A stretch of DNA of 64,000 nt. Source: a virus. This document shows, in pieces, positions 20,901 to 30,467 of the stretch. The position numbers were made by a program, and so were the translations under genes. The notes under the pieces were generated by a model. The model did no database searches, was not told where the DNA came from, and saw only the letters and a list, made by a program, of their open reading frames with translations. Numbering within the stretch: position 1 is the stretch's first letter; the number at the start of each line of letters is the position of its first letter. The stretch spans positions 32,001 to 96,000 of IMG/VR virus record IMGVR_UViG_3300039191_000589, one strand, 5' to 3'.

Positions 20901-21363
20901 AAAATTAAATAATAAATTAATGGCTGTTATAGATAACAATAAAATTAATGATATAGTTAAACATTTAGTTAAAAATTCTGTTTTAAAGCCTCTTAATACT
21001 AATAAATTTGCATCTGATTATTCTTTAAATGAGATTGTAGCTTATTTAGATAAATCTAGCAAAACTAATTTAAATGCCGGTAAAAAACAACAACAATACG
21101 CTCAAAGAGATGAAAGCAAATTAAAAATAGATTATCGTGTAAATAAAGATGATAATTCAAGACAAATTGAATCTAAAGAGGAAAAATTACATTCTAATAT
21201 GATTAAAGTTTGTAGTAAAATTAAAAATAAAGCTAAAGAAGCCTGTAAAAAGAAAATTATTACTAAAAATAAATTAGAACAATTAGAATTACAATTAGAT
21301 AATGCTAAAAACAAAAAAGACATTGATAAAGTTTGGAAAGAATTAAAAAGATATTTTAAATAA
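17920..21363 (+). CDS. Large protein built from about five ~200-aa internal repeats, likely virion component
   Basis: Recurring FASLYNVDQLF / YTTQHSFEELL / YASNYSFENLL / FASNYTLEQLL / FASDYSLNEIV and DTGVR-like motifs. Confidence 0.7.
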   Translation: MSEKFSTTSSLLFKENNNNNDNLPDWMKDLDIDLQKQANKNKNIPDLPTKEEGVFASEKQKINRDSKNGTPRQMEASLSNGRMVTGAKINLATFLSGKYYKVQPDINGNQIHLKTKIEEIPAKFNFKFTASSGKIKKAQTFSVFFNNETAEYPFSKAGFDECIDDINNEDIKSVEGEVGEGVNKTYLISKEEIVRRFNGELRKATDKINELLENDMIVGVGSNTFASLYNVDQLFPNEPKEKPQQKEGSFDFAPNREHVAAKPHKTANVLSIEASKMLSNFFSDFAIKNHFREGKELFIEASVLSNNGVKRTCNFCFGIDNEKVKSLKVAELNGERMTVEQLLSKLNINNSVLDKYLTKNNSNSKRIYQGRVLTARRIKNKLLGIVKKQNIKDIIHNWTDRDLITKINSTTYTTQHSFEELLANIEVDTLSNKEQQEIKAYKKKFGEGLDMNRNDVEDTGVRDYDQVKPSRELRLANLKQFLSTKFKNFKIENFINDNGIKEAKIIIKQGYKLDTCEADLYFINPENGVKNKVKAKAYFYKNHIDNVLVQLGNKQVSIDKARTLFKQSELLSNYLEDNSINKTAGSIIITENKIKDKLSNYVNNEEIDNIINEWYNEGYIKEINSGIYASNYSFENLLNKTEAQLLSNKDRTEIKLAKQYFGEQIKIGRKEIDDTGVREANEKLSNVNVLNKVNKFLSKHFDNFKPQDFEVNGENVTYTINLFDEETGLSTNIDFDFIINDNEITNCLANLNGEQIKINNIKRAFSTNEILNKYLNQNNNKKTNAPMIITTKQLQGKLNKIANIPLQEIKQMVNKWHKTGKIKKMGSNVFASNYTLEQLLSMSNIRPLSDKEIAQRINKSKRDRGLEVNAQHINDQDTRQPIEQWSSQRMVTHAKSELNKIFEDYNILDAKVNNDSYVITARVVNPNNGINQKLYCKLKVLGDKLGKLIAISDGKNTVSPDQLSKLDVSNEALREFNNINKATKRNYKNVISKRKLNNKLMAVIDNNKINDIVKHLVKNSVLKPLNTNKFASDYSLNEIVAYLDKSSKTNLNAGKKQQQYAQRDESKLKIDYRVNKDDNSRQIESKEEKLHSNMIKVCSKIKNKAKEACKKKIITKNKLEQLELQLDNAKNKKDIDKVWKELKRYFK

Positions 21364-21371
21364 TAAAGGGG

Positions 21372-21770
21372 TTGATTTTATTGAGTAAAGATGATTTTAA
21401 AATTAAACAACCTAAATTGATGGGTTCTTCTAATGAACAACATGCTAATCCTTCTGGAGTAGATTATGATGATTTAGCTAGTGCATTAGGGGTATGTGAA
21501 GAAGATGATAGTGGTAATAATGATGAAGAAGATGAAGAAAATATAAATAAAAAAGAAACAAAAGGTGAAGTAAAAGATTTAAGAAAAAATAGTAATAGAT
21601 ATTATATGAAAACAGATTTAAAAAATAATGATGAAAATGATGATGAAGAAGAAGATAATAAAACAACTTTATTACAACCAGGAGTAGAAATGAGTTTTAG
21701 CACGGATAATTTTTCAAGAAGACCTGAACATTCATCACCATATACTCAAGGTCCTACTTGGAGTGATTAA
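21372..21770 (+). CDS. Acidic hypothetical protein
   Basis: ORF track; D/E/N-rich. Confidence 0.6.
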   Translation: MILLSKDDFKIKQPKLMGSSNEQHANPSGVDYDDLASALGVCEEDDSGNNDEEDEENINKKETKGEVKDLRKNSNRYYMKTDLKNNDENDDEEEDNKTTLLQPGVEMSFSTDNFSRRPEHSSPYTQGPTWSD

Positions 21771-21784
21771 TAAGGGGTGATATA

Positions 21785-22189
21785 ATGAAAAGTAGATTAA
21801 AAAGAAATCACATAAAAAATCGTATAATGAATAAAACTGCTGCTTCAAAAGCATATATAGATCTTCACTCTATTGTATTACAAAGTGGGGATTATATTGC
21901 TTTTGAGGCAAGAATTACTAATAATGAACCTTGGTTTAATATACGTCATGAAACACAATATAGTTCAAGTTCATTTTATAATGGAAATGATTTTGATAGA
22001 GCATGTGAAGTATATGGTGAAATATTAATAGCTTTTAAGGGAACTGTTGGCACTGAAGAAATGAAAGAAATTAGAAATAATATTGAACAAGAAATTGAAA
22101 TTTTAATGGAAGATCATAAATTAATTAATAGAGACAATCATAATCAGCTTAATAAAAACCCTTATTTTTTAGGAATAAATAATTTTTAG
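21785..22189 (+). CDS. Hypothetical protein with basic MKSRL...NKTA leader
   Basis: SD AGGGGTGA; leader variant shared with the next gene. Confidence 0.65.
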   Translation: MKSRLKRNHIKNRIMNKTAASKAYIDLHSIVLQSGDYIAFEARITNNEPWFNIRHETQYSSSSFYNGNDFDRACEVYGEILIAFKGTVGTEEMKEIRNNIEQEIEILMEDHKLINRDNHNQLNKNPYFLGINNF

Positions 22190-22201
22190 GAGGGTCATAT
22201 A

Positions 22202-22432
22202 GTGAAATCAAGATTACGTAAAAATAATAGTAAATTAAAGAAAAATAAAAAAGTAGCTTTAGAAATTACTGGTCCTGTTGGTCTTATTTTTCCTGATTTT
22301 CAAGATAAAGTTGATAATAAAGATGAAATTAAAGATAGAACCTATGGTCCTTCTTTTGAACATGAATGGTCGTTTGAAGATCCTATTAAAGATCCAGAAT
22401 GGAATATGATTGAACAATATTATGGAGAATAA
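22202..22432 (+). CDS. Small protein with basic MKSRL...KKVA leader
   Basis: AGGAGG SD; basic N-terminus then acidic body. Confidence 0.65.
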   Translation: MKSRLRKNNSKLKKNKKVALEITGPVGLIFPDFQDKVDNKDEIKDRTYGPSFEHEWSFEDPIKDPEWNMIEQYYGE

Positions 22433-22508
22433 AATATAAAAATATTATAAAACATTATTTTATTTTTATATTCTATATGAAAAGAAAAAACGAAATGGAG
22501 GGTTTAAT

Positions 22509-23825
22509 GTGCAAGTTTCTAATAATAAAGAATTACCTAAATGGTTAAATAACTTCGTTGATGCTTTTGAAGATGGCGATAATGAAACTAAGGTTGCTAA
22601 AGGTGATAATAGAGAAGATAATAATATTGAGGATAAAAATAATCAAGATAGTCAACAAGAAAAATATAGTGAGGTCAATATTGATGATTTAGATGAGGTT
22701 GTATGGAAAGATGAAACTTTTTATGTTATGTTTGATGGTGATGTTGCTACAATACTTAATAAATTTGGTAATACTGTAACAACTCTTCAAGGTACTTCAA
22801 CAATAGAGGAGGTTAATGAAGAATTAAATGGTAAAGAAGTAGTAACTTCTAAAGAAAATAATCCTTTTGAAGAAGAAATTGAAAAAGTTTCTCCTTATCG
22901 TGAAGAAATTGAAGGGTTTGATGAACAACAACCTAATAACAACAATAATAATCAAATGACTAACCAACAACCTAATAACAACAATAATAATCAACAACAA
23001 CAGCCTAATAATAACAATAATAACCAACAACCTAATAATAACAATAATAATCAACAACCTACAGGATTTGATGGTCAACCAGTTCAACAAGCTGAAAAAA
23101 TAATTGCTAAGCAAAATGAAAAATTTGAAAAGCAAAGTGAAAAAATTAAACAAAAAGATAAAGAAATTAAAAAATTAAATGAAAAAGTTGCTAACTTACA
23201 AAATGATTTATCAGATTTAAAGAAAACAATTGAAGCATTAATTCCTCAAGATTATGCTCGTAATAATCCTGGAAATATTTTTGATATAGATTCAGGACAA
23301 TTTGATAAACAACGAAAAGAAGAAGGGGAAGAAGTAGAAAAAACATTAAGAGATATAGAGCAAGAAGTTGATCTTACCACTCCTGAAGGTAGAGCTGATT
23401 TCGTTGATAAAGTAGATAAAGATGTTAGAAAGAAAGATACTGAAAAAGAGGATTATAATGATTATAAAGATATTGAAGATGCTGAAATTAATTTTAATGA
23501 TATTGATTTAGAAGATGATAATTCAAGAACATTACAAGAAAATGATGATGTTGATAATGAAGTTGATATAGATATTGATTCATTGGATGAAGGAGAAGAA
23601 GTTGTTTTAGATAAAACAGCTAATAAAAAAATGCAAATTGAAAGATTATCAAATAAGAAAAAAATTAAGTTATTTAATAATAATATTTGTCCTAATTGTG
23701 ATAGTGAAGAAGAAACCTTGACTAAGCATAATTCAACTGGTAATTTTGAAGGTAAATATTGTGAAGGTTGTGGTTCAGAATTTGCTATTAATACCAAAAC
23801 TAATGAAGTTTATTGTAAACAATAA
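22509..23825 (+). CDS. Acidic protein with Q/N repeats, coiled coil and C-terminal zinc ribbon
   Basis: QQPNNNNNN repeats; CPNC...CEGC; YARNNPG motif shared with 58277. Confidence 0.7.
   Translation: MQVSNNKELPKWLNNFVDAFEDGDNETKVAKGDNREDNNIEDKNNQDSQQEKYSEVNIDDLDEVVWKDETFYVMFDGDVATILNKFGNTVTTLQGTSTIEEVNEELNGKEVVTSKENNPFEEEIEKVSPYREEIEGFDEQQPNNNNNNQMTNQQPNNNNNNQQQQPNNNNNNQQPNNNNNNQQPTGFDGQPVQQAEKIIAKQNEKFEKQSEKIKQKDKEIKKLNEKVANLQNDLSDLKKTIEALIPQDYARNNPGNIFDIDSGQFDKQRKEEGEEVEKTLRDIEQEVDLTTPEGRADFVDKVDKDVRKKDTEKEDYNDYKDIEDAEINFNDIDLEDDNSRTLQENDDVDNEVDIDIDSLDEGEEVVLDKTANKKMQIERLSNKKKIKLFNNNICPNCDSEEETLTKHNSTGNFEGKYCEGCGSEFAINTKTNEVYCKQ
22926..23060 (+). repeat. Coding tandem repeat (CAACAACCTAATAAYAACAATAATAAY)-like, four full copies
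   Basis: Encodes QQPNNNNNN x4 plus a partial unit. Confidence 0.9.
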
Positions 23826-23840
23826 AAGGAGGTTATTTAA

Positions 23841-24110
23841 ATGGAAGATTTAAGAAATAATGATACAAACCCTTTAAAGGGGAGTTTTGTTACAGCTGGT
23901 TATAGTGTTGAAGAAGAAAAGGTTAAGGAAATGTTAACTTTTATGGGTGTAGACCCTGATGAAGAAATAATTGCTGATGCTATAGGATATTTAAGTTCAA
24001 ATAGTATGGAAATAGATATGAATAATTTACATCAATTTTTACAGACTAAACAAATAATGAGTTCTAAACATACTAATAAAGTTCATGATTTTAGAAAAAA
24101 AAACAAATAA
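23841..24110 (+). CDS. Hypothetical protein
   Basis: AAGGAGGT SD. Confidence 0.7.
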   Translation: MEDLRNNDTNPLKGSFVTAGYSVEEEKVKEMLTFMGVDPDEEIIADAIGYLSSNSMEIDMNNLHQFLQTKQIMSSKHTNKVHDFRKKNK

Positions 24111-24190
24111 CCAAACAAAATAATGATAATGATAGTAATATAATTAAAATTAATAAACCAATTCCTGATGAACAATTATTTAATTCAACT

Positions 24191-24379
24191 ATGAAAAATT
24201 TATGTTATAAAGAAGTTTCTAATAGTTTTTTAGTTAAAAATATACAAGGGATTGAAATTAATATTACTCGAAGAAATAATCAAGTTAAATCTATTACTGG
24301 CTATAAAAACAATGAGATTATAGAAATACCAAAAGAAATTATCGAACAAATAAAAAAAGATATAAATCAAGCTTTGTAG
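24191..24379 (+). CDS. Hypothetical protein
   Basis: ORF track; no clear SD, true start may be upstream. Confidence 0.4.
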   Translation: MKNLCYKEVSNSFLVKNIQGIEINITRRNNQVKSITGYKNNEIIEIPKEIIEQIKKDINQAL

Positions 24380-24380
24380 T

Positions 24381-24410
24381 AAAAAGAGGGGATTATCCCC
24401 TCTTTTTATT
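24381..24410 (+). terminator. Intrinsic terminator
   Basis: AAAAAGAGGGGA-TTA-TCCCCTCTTTTT. Confidence 0.85.
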
Positions 24411-24476
24411 TATCTATAAAAAAAGTAAAAAAATTTTATTATTTTTTATATGTTATATATATGGAGGTGAAAATGA

Positions 24477-27400
24477 TTGAGTAGAATAATTACTAACAAT
24501 AACAGTAATAACAATAGTAATAATTCTCAACAAGGAACAATTAATCGAAGATATGCAAATCATGGAAACAATGGTAGTATGATGAAATCAGCTATAACTG
24601 ATAAAAATTCACTACCAAATAATGTACAAAATCAAATAAATAAGAAAAAAGGCCCTAGAGCTAGAACAGCTAACGTTAACCGAAATAATACTAATCAAAA
24701 TAATAATGGTGGTATGCAAAAACAAGGTGCAGTACCACGTGGTGGATACAACGGGTATGGTGGTGGTATGGCTAGTGGATCAAGTGCTAACATAAAACAA
24801 TCTAGTCCAGAGTTTTATCATCCATTATTTCAAAATTTAAATATGATGTTACCACGTGATAGAAGGGAAAGAAATGAGTGGTGTAGACACTTTTACCGGG
24901 TTGAACCAATTATTGCTACAGCTTTAGATTTACATACTGAATTTCCTATTTCTGATTTTGATAATGTTGCTTCTGATCCATATATTAAAAAATTCTTTGA
25001 TCATATGGCTTTTGATAAATTAAATATGGTTAATTTACTTCTTGATATAGGATTAGAATATTGGAAAATAGGTGATGTATTTCCATTTGGGCAAATAAAT
25101 GAATCAGAAGGTATGTGGGAAAAGTTTGTATTATTAAATCCTGATTATATAGATATTCAATCATCAGTATTAGCGGAGGATCCAGTAATGGAATTAATTC
25201 CTGATGCTGAAATACAATCAATTGTTAATTCAGGTCCAAATGGAAAATATGGTGATATATATGATCAATTACCTGATGATGTAATTAGGCAAGTAAAAAT
25301 GGGGAAAAACATTAAATTGGATAGTAGATTAGTTTCACAAATTTCACATAAAGCTGCTCAGTATGAAACTTGGGGAACTCCAGTTATGATGCGTTGTTTT
25401 AAAACATTAATTTATAAAGATAAATTACGACAAGCACAAGATGCAATTGCTAATAGACATATTACTCCTTTAAGGGTAGCGAAGATTGGTCAACCAGGAG
25501 AACCAATGCCTTCGCAGGATGATTTAGATGCTTTTAGAGATACTTTAATGCAAGCTGATCAAGATCCTAATTTCTTTTTAGTATATCATTATGGATTACA
25601 ATTTGAATATGTTGGTTCTAATGGTAAAATTCTTCCACTAAACCAAGAATTTGATTTTATTCAAAAAGAACTAATGAATGGATTAGGAATAAATCAAGCA
25701 ATGTTAAATGGTGAAGGTCCTACGTATTCAAATGCACAAGTTGGATATGATACTTTAGCACGTCGTTATATGGCTTATAGGTTGCGTTTAGAATCATGGA
25801 TTAAAAATAAGGTATATAAACCAATAGCTGAAATTCAAGGTTTTTATGAATCAAAGAATGGCGAAATAAGTGCTAGTAATATGACTCCTAAGCAAAGAAA
25901 AATTTCAGCTCAACGAGGTGATATGGAATTAGTTATTCCAGATATTACATGGCGTGAACAAGATTTAACTACTAATCAAAGTGCAATGAATTTTATCCAA
26001 CAATTACAACAAAAAGGTTTAATTTCTATGCAAACAGTATTACCAATGTTAAACCTTGATCCTGAAACTGAAAAGAAACAACTTGAAGAAGAAAGAGGAA
26101 CAGTATTTGATCCAGATGCACCTAAGACAGGTCCTTTACCAAATCAAGGTAGTGGTTCTGGAAATCCAAAACCAGGCGATAAAAAACCATCAACTCCAGA
26201 TAAATCTGATAGTGGTGGAGATTCCGGTGGAGATTCAGATACTACTAAAGAAACAAGTATACAAGATTTTTTCAGTAAAACAGGAAGAATAAAAACTTCG
26301 TCATATAATAAAAAAAATAATAAAGAAAAACAATCAGTAGAAGCAACAATAAATTGGCGAAATACTATGGAACAAATTGGATTAAATAGTCAATTTAAAA
26401 AATATTTAATTTCAATAAATCAAGAAGTAGAAGATTATTATAATGAATTATTAAATAATATTGAAGTTGATATGGAGGAAGATCTAGATGAATTTTCAGA
26501 AAATGTTACAGCAGTATTAGATTATTATACTGAACCAATTGTAAAAATAGGAAAAGAAAAAATAGCAAATACAATTAATGAGGATATTGTTGAAGAGGAA
26601 GAGTTTATTAATCACTATAAAAATAATGATTTAAATGATTTTGAAAAAACTTTAAAGGATGCTTTAAATAATTGTTTTGGTGAATTAAATAATAAAAAAT
26701 TATTTGAAGAAATTAGTGAAATTATTTTTGGTTTTTGTTTGAAATTATTTAGATATTCTCAATTATTAGAATGTCTTAATCATAATATTAAAACCGTTTC
26801 ACTATCCAGTAATTATAATAGTTGTCCTATTTGTAGAACTAAAAGTAAATTTAATCATAATGTAGGTGATTTGATTGATAATATTGATGAGTTTCATGAA
26901 TCATGTAAATTAGTAATTAAACCTAATATAAAAGAAAGTGTTGAAGAATTATCTATTAAAAATACTAATATTAAATTTATTAATATACCAAAATCAATCA
27001 AAAATGAAATTGAACCACTAATTAATAAGATAAAAATGTCAACACCAGAATTATTAAGTGATAAAACAATTAAATTTGTTAATAATATAAGTGATTTAGA
27101 TGAATTTAATACTTTATTAAATAATAATCATCCTAAAGATAGAGTTAATCAAATTATTAATGATGTTCAAGGGAGTGTTGTTTCATTTGAGTATAATAAT
27201 GAGATATTTATTTCAAATGAACATTTAGAAAATATTAAAAATATTATTCTTAAATCAATATTAAAGGATAAATTAATGTTAAATAATGATTTAGGTTTTT
27301 GGAGAAAAGAATATAATAATAAGAAAAAATCAAAATATATTGGTAATGGAGTATCAATCTATGCTAAACCTTTTATAAATTATTTAGCTGAAGAAGATTT

Positions 27401-27527
27401 TAAAACATATTTTATTGAAAGTGCTATATATTATATTTTAAATCCACAATTATTAAAATCTATTGATAAAAATAATTATAAACAGCTTAAGGAAAATGTA
27501 TTTAATAATATAGAGTTTAGGGTGTGA
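24477..27527 (+). CDS. Portal protein fused to a MuF-like head morphogenesis domain and a C-terminal zincin-like domain
   Basis: Core ~aa105-545 has portal-like features (FYRVEPIIATALDLHTEFP, LLNPDYI, WGTPVM, GINQAMLNGEG); G/P/S linker; CPIC...HESC; location upstream of protease and capsid genes. Confidence 0.75.
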   Translation: MSRIITNNNSNNNSNNSQQGTINRRYANHGNNGSMMKSAITDKNSLPNNVQNQINKKKGPRARTANVNRNNTNQNNNGGMQKQGAVPRGGYNGYGGGMASGSSANIKQSSPEFYHPLFQNLNMMLPRDRRERNEWCRHFYRVEPIIATALDLHTEFPISDFDNVASDPYIKKFFDHMAFDKLNMVNLLLDIGLEYWKIGDVFPFGQINESEGMWEKFVLLNPDYIDIQSSVLAEDPVMELIPDAEIQSIVNSGPNGKYGDIYDQLPDDVIRQVKMGKNIKLDSRLVSQISHKAAQYETWGTPVMMRCFKTLIYKDKLRQAQDAIANRHITPLRVAKIGQPGEPMPSQDDLDAFRDTLMQADQDPNFFLVYHYGLQFEYVGSNGKILPLNQEFDFIQKELMNGLGINQAMLNGEGPTYSNAQVGYDTLARRYMAYRLRLESWIKNKVYKPIAEIQGFYESKNGEISASNMTPKQRKISAQRGDMELVIPDITWREQDLTTNQSAMNFIQQLQQKGLISMQTVLPMLNLDPETEKKQLEEERGTVFDPDAPKTGPLPNQGSGSGNPKPGDKKPSTPDKSDSGGDSGGDSDTTKETSIQDFFSKTGRIKTSSYNKKNNKEKQSVEATINWRNTMEQIGLNSQFKKYLISINQEVEDYYNELLNNIEVDMEEDLDEFSENVTAVLDYYTEPIVKIGKEKIANTINEDIVEEEEFINHYKNNDLNDFEKTLKDALNNCFGELNNKKLFEEISEIIFGFCLKLFRYSQLLECLNHNIKTVSLSSNYNSCPICRTKSKFNHNVGDLIDNIDEFHESCKLVIKPNIKESVEELSIKNTNIKFINIPKSIKNEIEPLINKIKMSTPELLSDKTIKFVNNISDLDEFNTLLNNNHPKDRVNQIINDVQGSVVSFEYNNEIFISNEHLENIKNIILKSILKDKLMLNNDLGFWRKEYNNKKKSKYIGNGVSIYAKPFINYLAEEDFKTYFIESAIYYILNPQLLKSIDKNNYKQLKENVFNNIEFRV

Positions 27528-27531
27528 TTAT

Positions 27532-27876
27532 ATGAATATAGGAATTATTTGTAATATAAATGATAATAAACCTATTGGAGTTATTGGAATTGAAGATAGT
27601 GGTGGAGAAGTTGATTTTATTACTCAATCAGAAAAACTTAATAGTGCTATAAGTATAATTTTAGAGCAAGATAAAATTAAAATGCCAATTAAAGAAGGTT
27701 TAGAACAAAACGAAATTATTAGAAATAAATATGTTACTTCAAATACTCCTCATTATTTATCTGGAATTAATTATAATTTACCTCGTCCTTGGAGAATATT
27801 AGGGGTGAGGTATCTAAAGGGAACCTTACAAGATCAATTAAAGAAAATGTATGATGAAATAAATCAATTAGAATAA
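27532..27876 (+). CDS. Hypothetical protein
   Basis: ORF coupled to the portal gene. Confidence 0.65.
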   Translation: MNIGIICNINDNKPIGVIGIEDSGGEVDFITQSEKLNSAISIILEQDKIKMPIKEGLEQNEIIRNKYVTSNTPHYLSGINYNLPRPWRILGVRYLKGTLQDQLKKMYDEINQLE

Positions 27877-27890
27877 GAGGGGGTGTTTTA

Positions 27891-28232
27891 ATGAAAAGAC
27901 TAATAAAAAAAGAGGGTAATAATGTATCTCCAAAAATGCATGAAGAAGTTGAAAAACATATAGAAGATTCTAATAAAGGTAAAAATAGATCAAGAGAATT
28001 ATATTCTCAACAAGAATATATTACAGCCAAAAGAATTTTAGCGGAAATACCTGTTACTCCAACCAATGAAAGGATTTATGAATTAGTTGAAGATATAAAA
28101 AAAGGAGAGTTTAAAGATATTTCTACTGTTGCTCAAGCGAAAAAGAATTGGTCTGATTGGGTAAAAAGAACCACTACAATTTTAAAAGATCGTGGAGTAA
28201 TTGGAACACAAGTTAATAATAATATAGAATAA
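27891..28232 (+). CDS. Hypothetical protein with MKRLIKKE leader
   Basis: SD GAGGGGG; leader motif. Confidence 0.7.
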   Translation: MKRLIKKEGNNVSPKMHEEVEKHIEDSNKGKNRSRELYSQQEYITAKRILAEIPVTPTNERIYELVEDIKKGEFKDISTVAQAKKNWSDWVKRTTTILKDRGVIGTQVNNNIE

Positions 28233-28253
28233 TATAAATGGAGGCTGGTTTTT

Positions 28254-28793
28254 ATGAGTAAAGTTAAAATTAAAAATAATATGAAAAATACTACATTAAC
28301 ATTAGGAAATAAAAAGGTTGGTTTTAATAAAACAATTAATTTAACTAATGAGGAATTTAATAAATATATTACATTAGATATGATTAATAATAATGATGTT
28401 ATTTTAATGGAAAAAATTCCTAATAAACTTGATGAGCTAAATAATTCTACTGGTGATGTTGATACAATTGATGAGGTAAAAGAAATAATTGATAATATTA
28501 ATAATAGTATTGATTCATTAGAAACAACAACTAGTTCACTTCAAAGTACAACTGGTGATTTATCCACTGAAAATTCTAATTTATCTAATGAAATTAATAC
28601 AATTAATGAGGATTTATCCTCTATTAAAACTGATATTACTAATTTACAAACTGATGTATCTTCATTACAAGATAATTTATCACAATTAACTACCGACGTA
28701 AGTACAAATAGTGATGATATTTCCACAATTGAGACAGATTTAATAAATTTAGAAGATAGAATAACACAATTAGAAAATAATACAACTGCATAA
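28254..28793 (+). CDS. Heptad-repeat coiled-coil protein (fibre/whisker-like)
   Basis: Regular 7-residue I/L periodicity over the C-terminal ~110 aa. Confidence 0.65.
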   Translation: MSKVKIKNNMKNTTLTLGNKKVGFNKTINLTNEEFNKYITLDMINNNDVILMEKIPNKLDELNNSTGDVDTIDEVKEIIDNINNSIDSLETTTSSLQSTTGDLSTENSNLSNEINTINEDLSSIKTDITNLQTDVSSLQDNLSQLTTDVSTNSDDISTIETDLINLEDRITQLENNTTA

Positions 28794-28799
28794 TTTATT

Positions 28800-28830
28800 A
28801 ATAGAAGGGTTTTTTCCCTTCTATTTTTTT
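28800..28830 (+). terminator. Intrinsic terminator
   Basis: AATAGAAGGG-TTTTTT-CCCTTCTATT plus T-run. Confidence 0.8.
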
Positions 28831-28901
28831 ATTTTATTATATTTTTTTATCTTATGTTTATTTAAAATATGAACAATAATATTATTTAAGGTGGTGAAGG
28901 T

Positions 28902-29825
28902 ATGTTAATTAAAACTGATACACAATTTAAAATTAATGATTATTATACCAACAAAGATGAAATAACTTTTGTTACTAATAAAGAGCCTGATTTTAATTTA
29001 TTAAAACAATCAGATACATTGAAGGTTAATAAAAAAGTAAAAAAAATTATGAAAACAGCAAAAAAGGTTAAAATTGCTCCTAAAGAAAGTGATTTTATTT
29101 ATGTAAGAAATAGAGCTGTTTCAGCAGGGAATGTAATTGATAAAAAAAATGGTGAAACACAATTAATTCCAATTGATGAATTTTATAAGTTTTTTGAGAA
29201 ATATGCTAATAAAGTAAGAGGGGCAAATGATAATGGAGATTTCTTTTCCCATGAAGAGTTAAAAAGAACTTATAAAACGTTTATAGGTAAATCTGCTTTT
29301 GTTGATCATCAAAATGATAATGTAGAAGATGCTCGTGGTATTATTTTAGATGCAGTATATAATGAAAAAGGTAGGTTTGTTGAACTATTAAAAGCAGTAG
29401 ATAAAAAAGCATATCCTGAATTAGCAAGAGGAATCGAATTGGGATATATTACAGATACTTCAATGGGATGTCGTTGTGGTTATTCTATATGTTCAATTTG
29501 TCAAAATGAAGCTACAACTGAGGATGAATTTTGTGAACATGTTTTATATTATAAAGGTACTTCATATAATGGATTGCCGGTTTTTGAGGATAATAGAGAA
29601 ATTGAATTTTTTGAAGATTCATTTGTTACTCAAGGTGCTGATGAAGATGCTAAAATTATGGAGAAGGTTGCTAAAATACAAAAAAATACTACTATTAAAA
29701 AACATAATAAAAGTTCACATAATAATAAACTAATGCAAAAAATTGCTAATGAACAAAATAAAAGAACTCGAAAAGGTAGAGTTAATACAATGTCAAATAA
29801 ATTAAATAATTTACCTTGGACTTAA
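28902..29825 (+). CDS. Prohead (capsid maturation) protease, HK97/assemblin-like fold with Cys-rich insertion
   Basis: NDNGDFF, FVDH (His), TDTSMG (Ser), CSIC...CEH, FFEDSFVTQGAD; lies between portal and capsid genes. Confidence 0.8.
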   Translation: MLIKTDTQFKINDYYTNKDEITFVTNKEPDFNLLKQSDTLKVNKKVKKIMKTAKKVKIAPKESDFIYVRNRAVSAGNVIDKKNGETQLIPIDEFYKFFEKYANKVRGANDNGDFFSHEELKRTYKTFIGKSAFVDHQNDNVEDARGIILDAVYNEKGRFVELLKAVDKKAYPELARGIELGYITDTSMGCRCGYSICSICQNEATTEDEFCEHVLYYKGTSYNGLPVFEDNREIEFFEDSFVTQGADEDAKIMEKVAKIQKNTTIKKHNKSSHNNKLMQKIANEQNKRTRKGRVNTMSNKLNNLPWT

Positions 29826-29886
29826 CTTATATTTTATATATTTTATTTTATTTAAATATTAAAGAATTGAAATTAGGAGGAAAAAT

Positions 29887-30438
29887 ATGAAACGGTTAAT
29901 AAGAAAAGCATTAATGGATCCTGAAACATTTGAAAATGCGATTGAACAATTAGGTACCCAAGGGAGAGATATTTTAAAAGAAATTGAAGAATTTAAATAT
30001 AAATTAGATCAAGTTACTAGGATTACTCAAAATGATGAACAATTAACTAATAAATTAGAAAATAAAAAAAATGCTGTAGATAAAGCTGCTAATCAATTAT
30101 ATACAATTATATTTGATTTGGAAAATTTAGATATAACTCAATTATATCATCAATATGATGAAAATGTAAATGATCAAATGCCTCATAATCCATCTGATAC
30201 ACCAGAACAGCCTGGGGATATGAATACTAATGATGAAGAAAATGAACGCGAATATGACTCACCTGATGACACTGAGGATATTGAGACGCCTGATAATCCT
30301 AATAGTGATAATAATGAAGATGAAAATAATGAAGATAACGAAGATAATGAAAGTGGAGATAATGAAAATAATGATGATGGTGAAGAAGAAAATAATGAAG
30401 AAAATGAAAATAATGAAGAAAATGAAGAAAATAACTAA
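29887..30438 (+). CDS. MKRLIRKA-leader helical protein with long acidic N/E/D tail
   Basis: AGGAGG SD; between protease and scaffold-like gene. Confidence 0.7.
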   Translation: MKRLIRKALMDPETFENAIEQLGTQGRDILKEIEEFKYKLDQVTRITQNDEQLTNKLENKKNAVDKAANQLYTIIFDLENLDITQLYHQYDENVNDQMPHNPSDTPEQPGDMNTNDEENEREYDSPDDTEDIETPDNPNSDNNEDENNEDNEDNESGDNENNDDGEEENNEENENNEENEENN

Positions 30439-30467
30439 TATTTTTAAAAGAAAGGAGTATTAAGATT

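Noticed and set aside
22926-23060. CRISPR array
   Set aside because: Repeats are in-frame coding, low complexity and have no unique spacers; no array was seen elsewhere in the window
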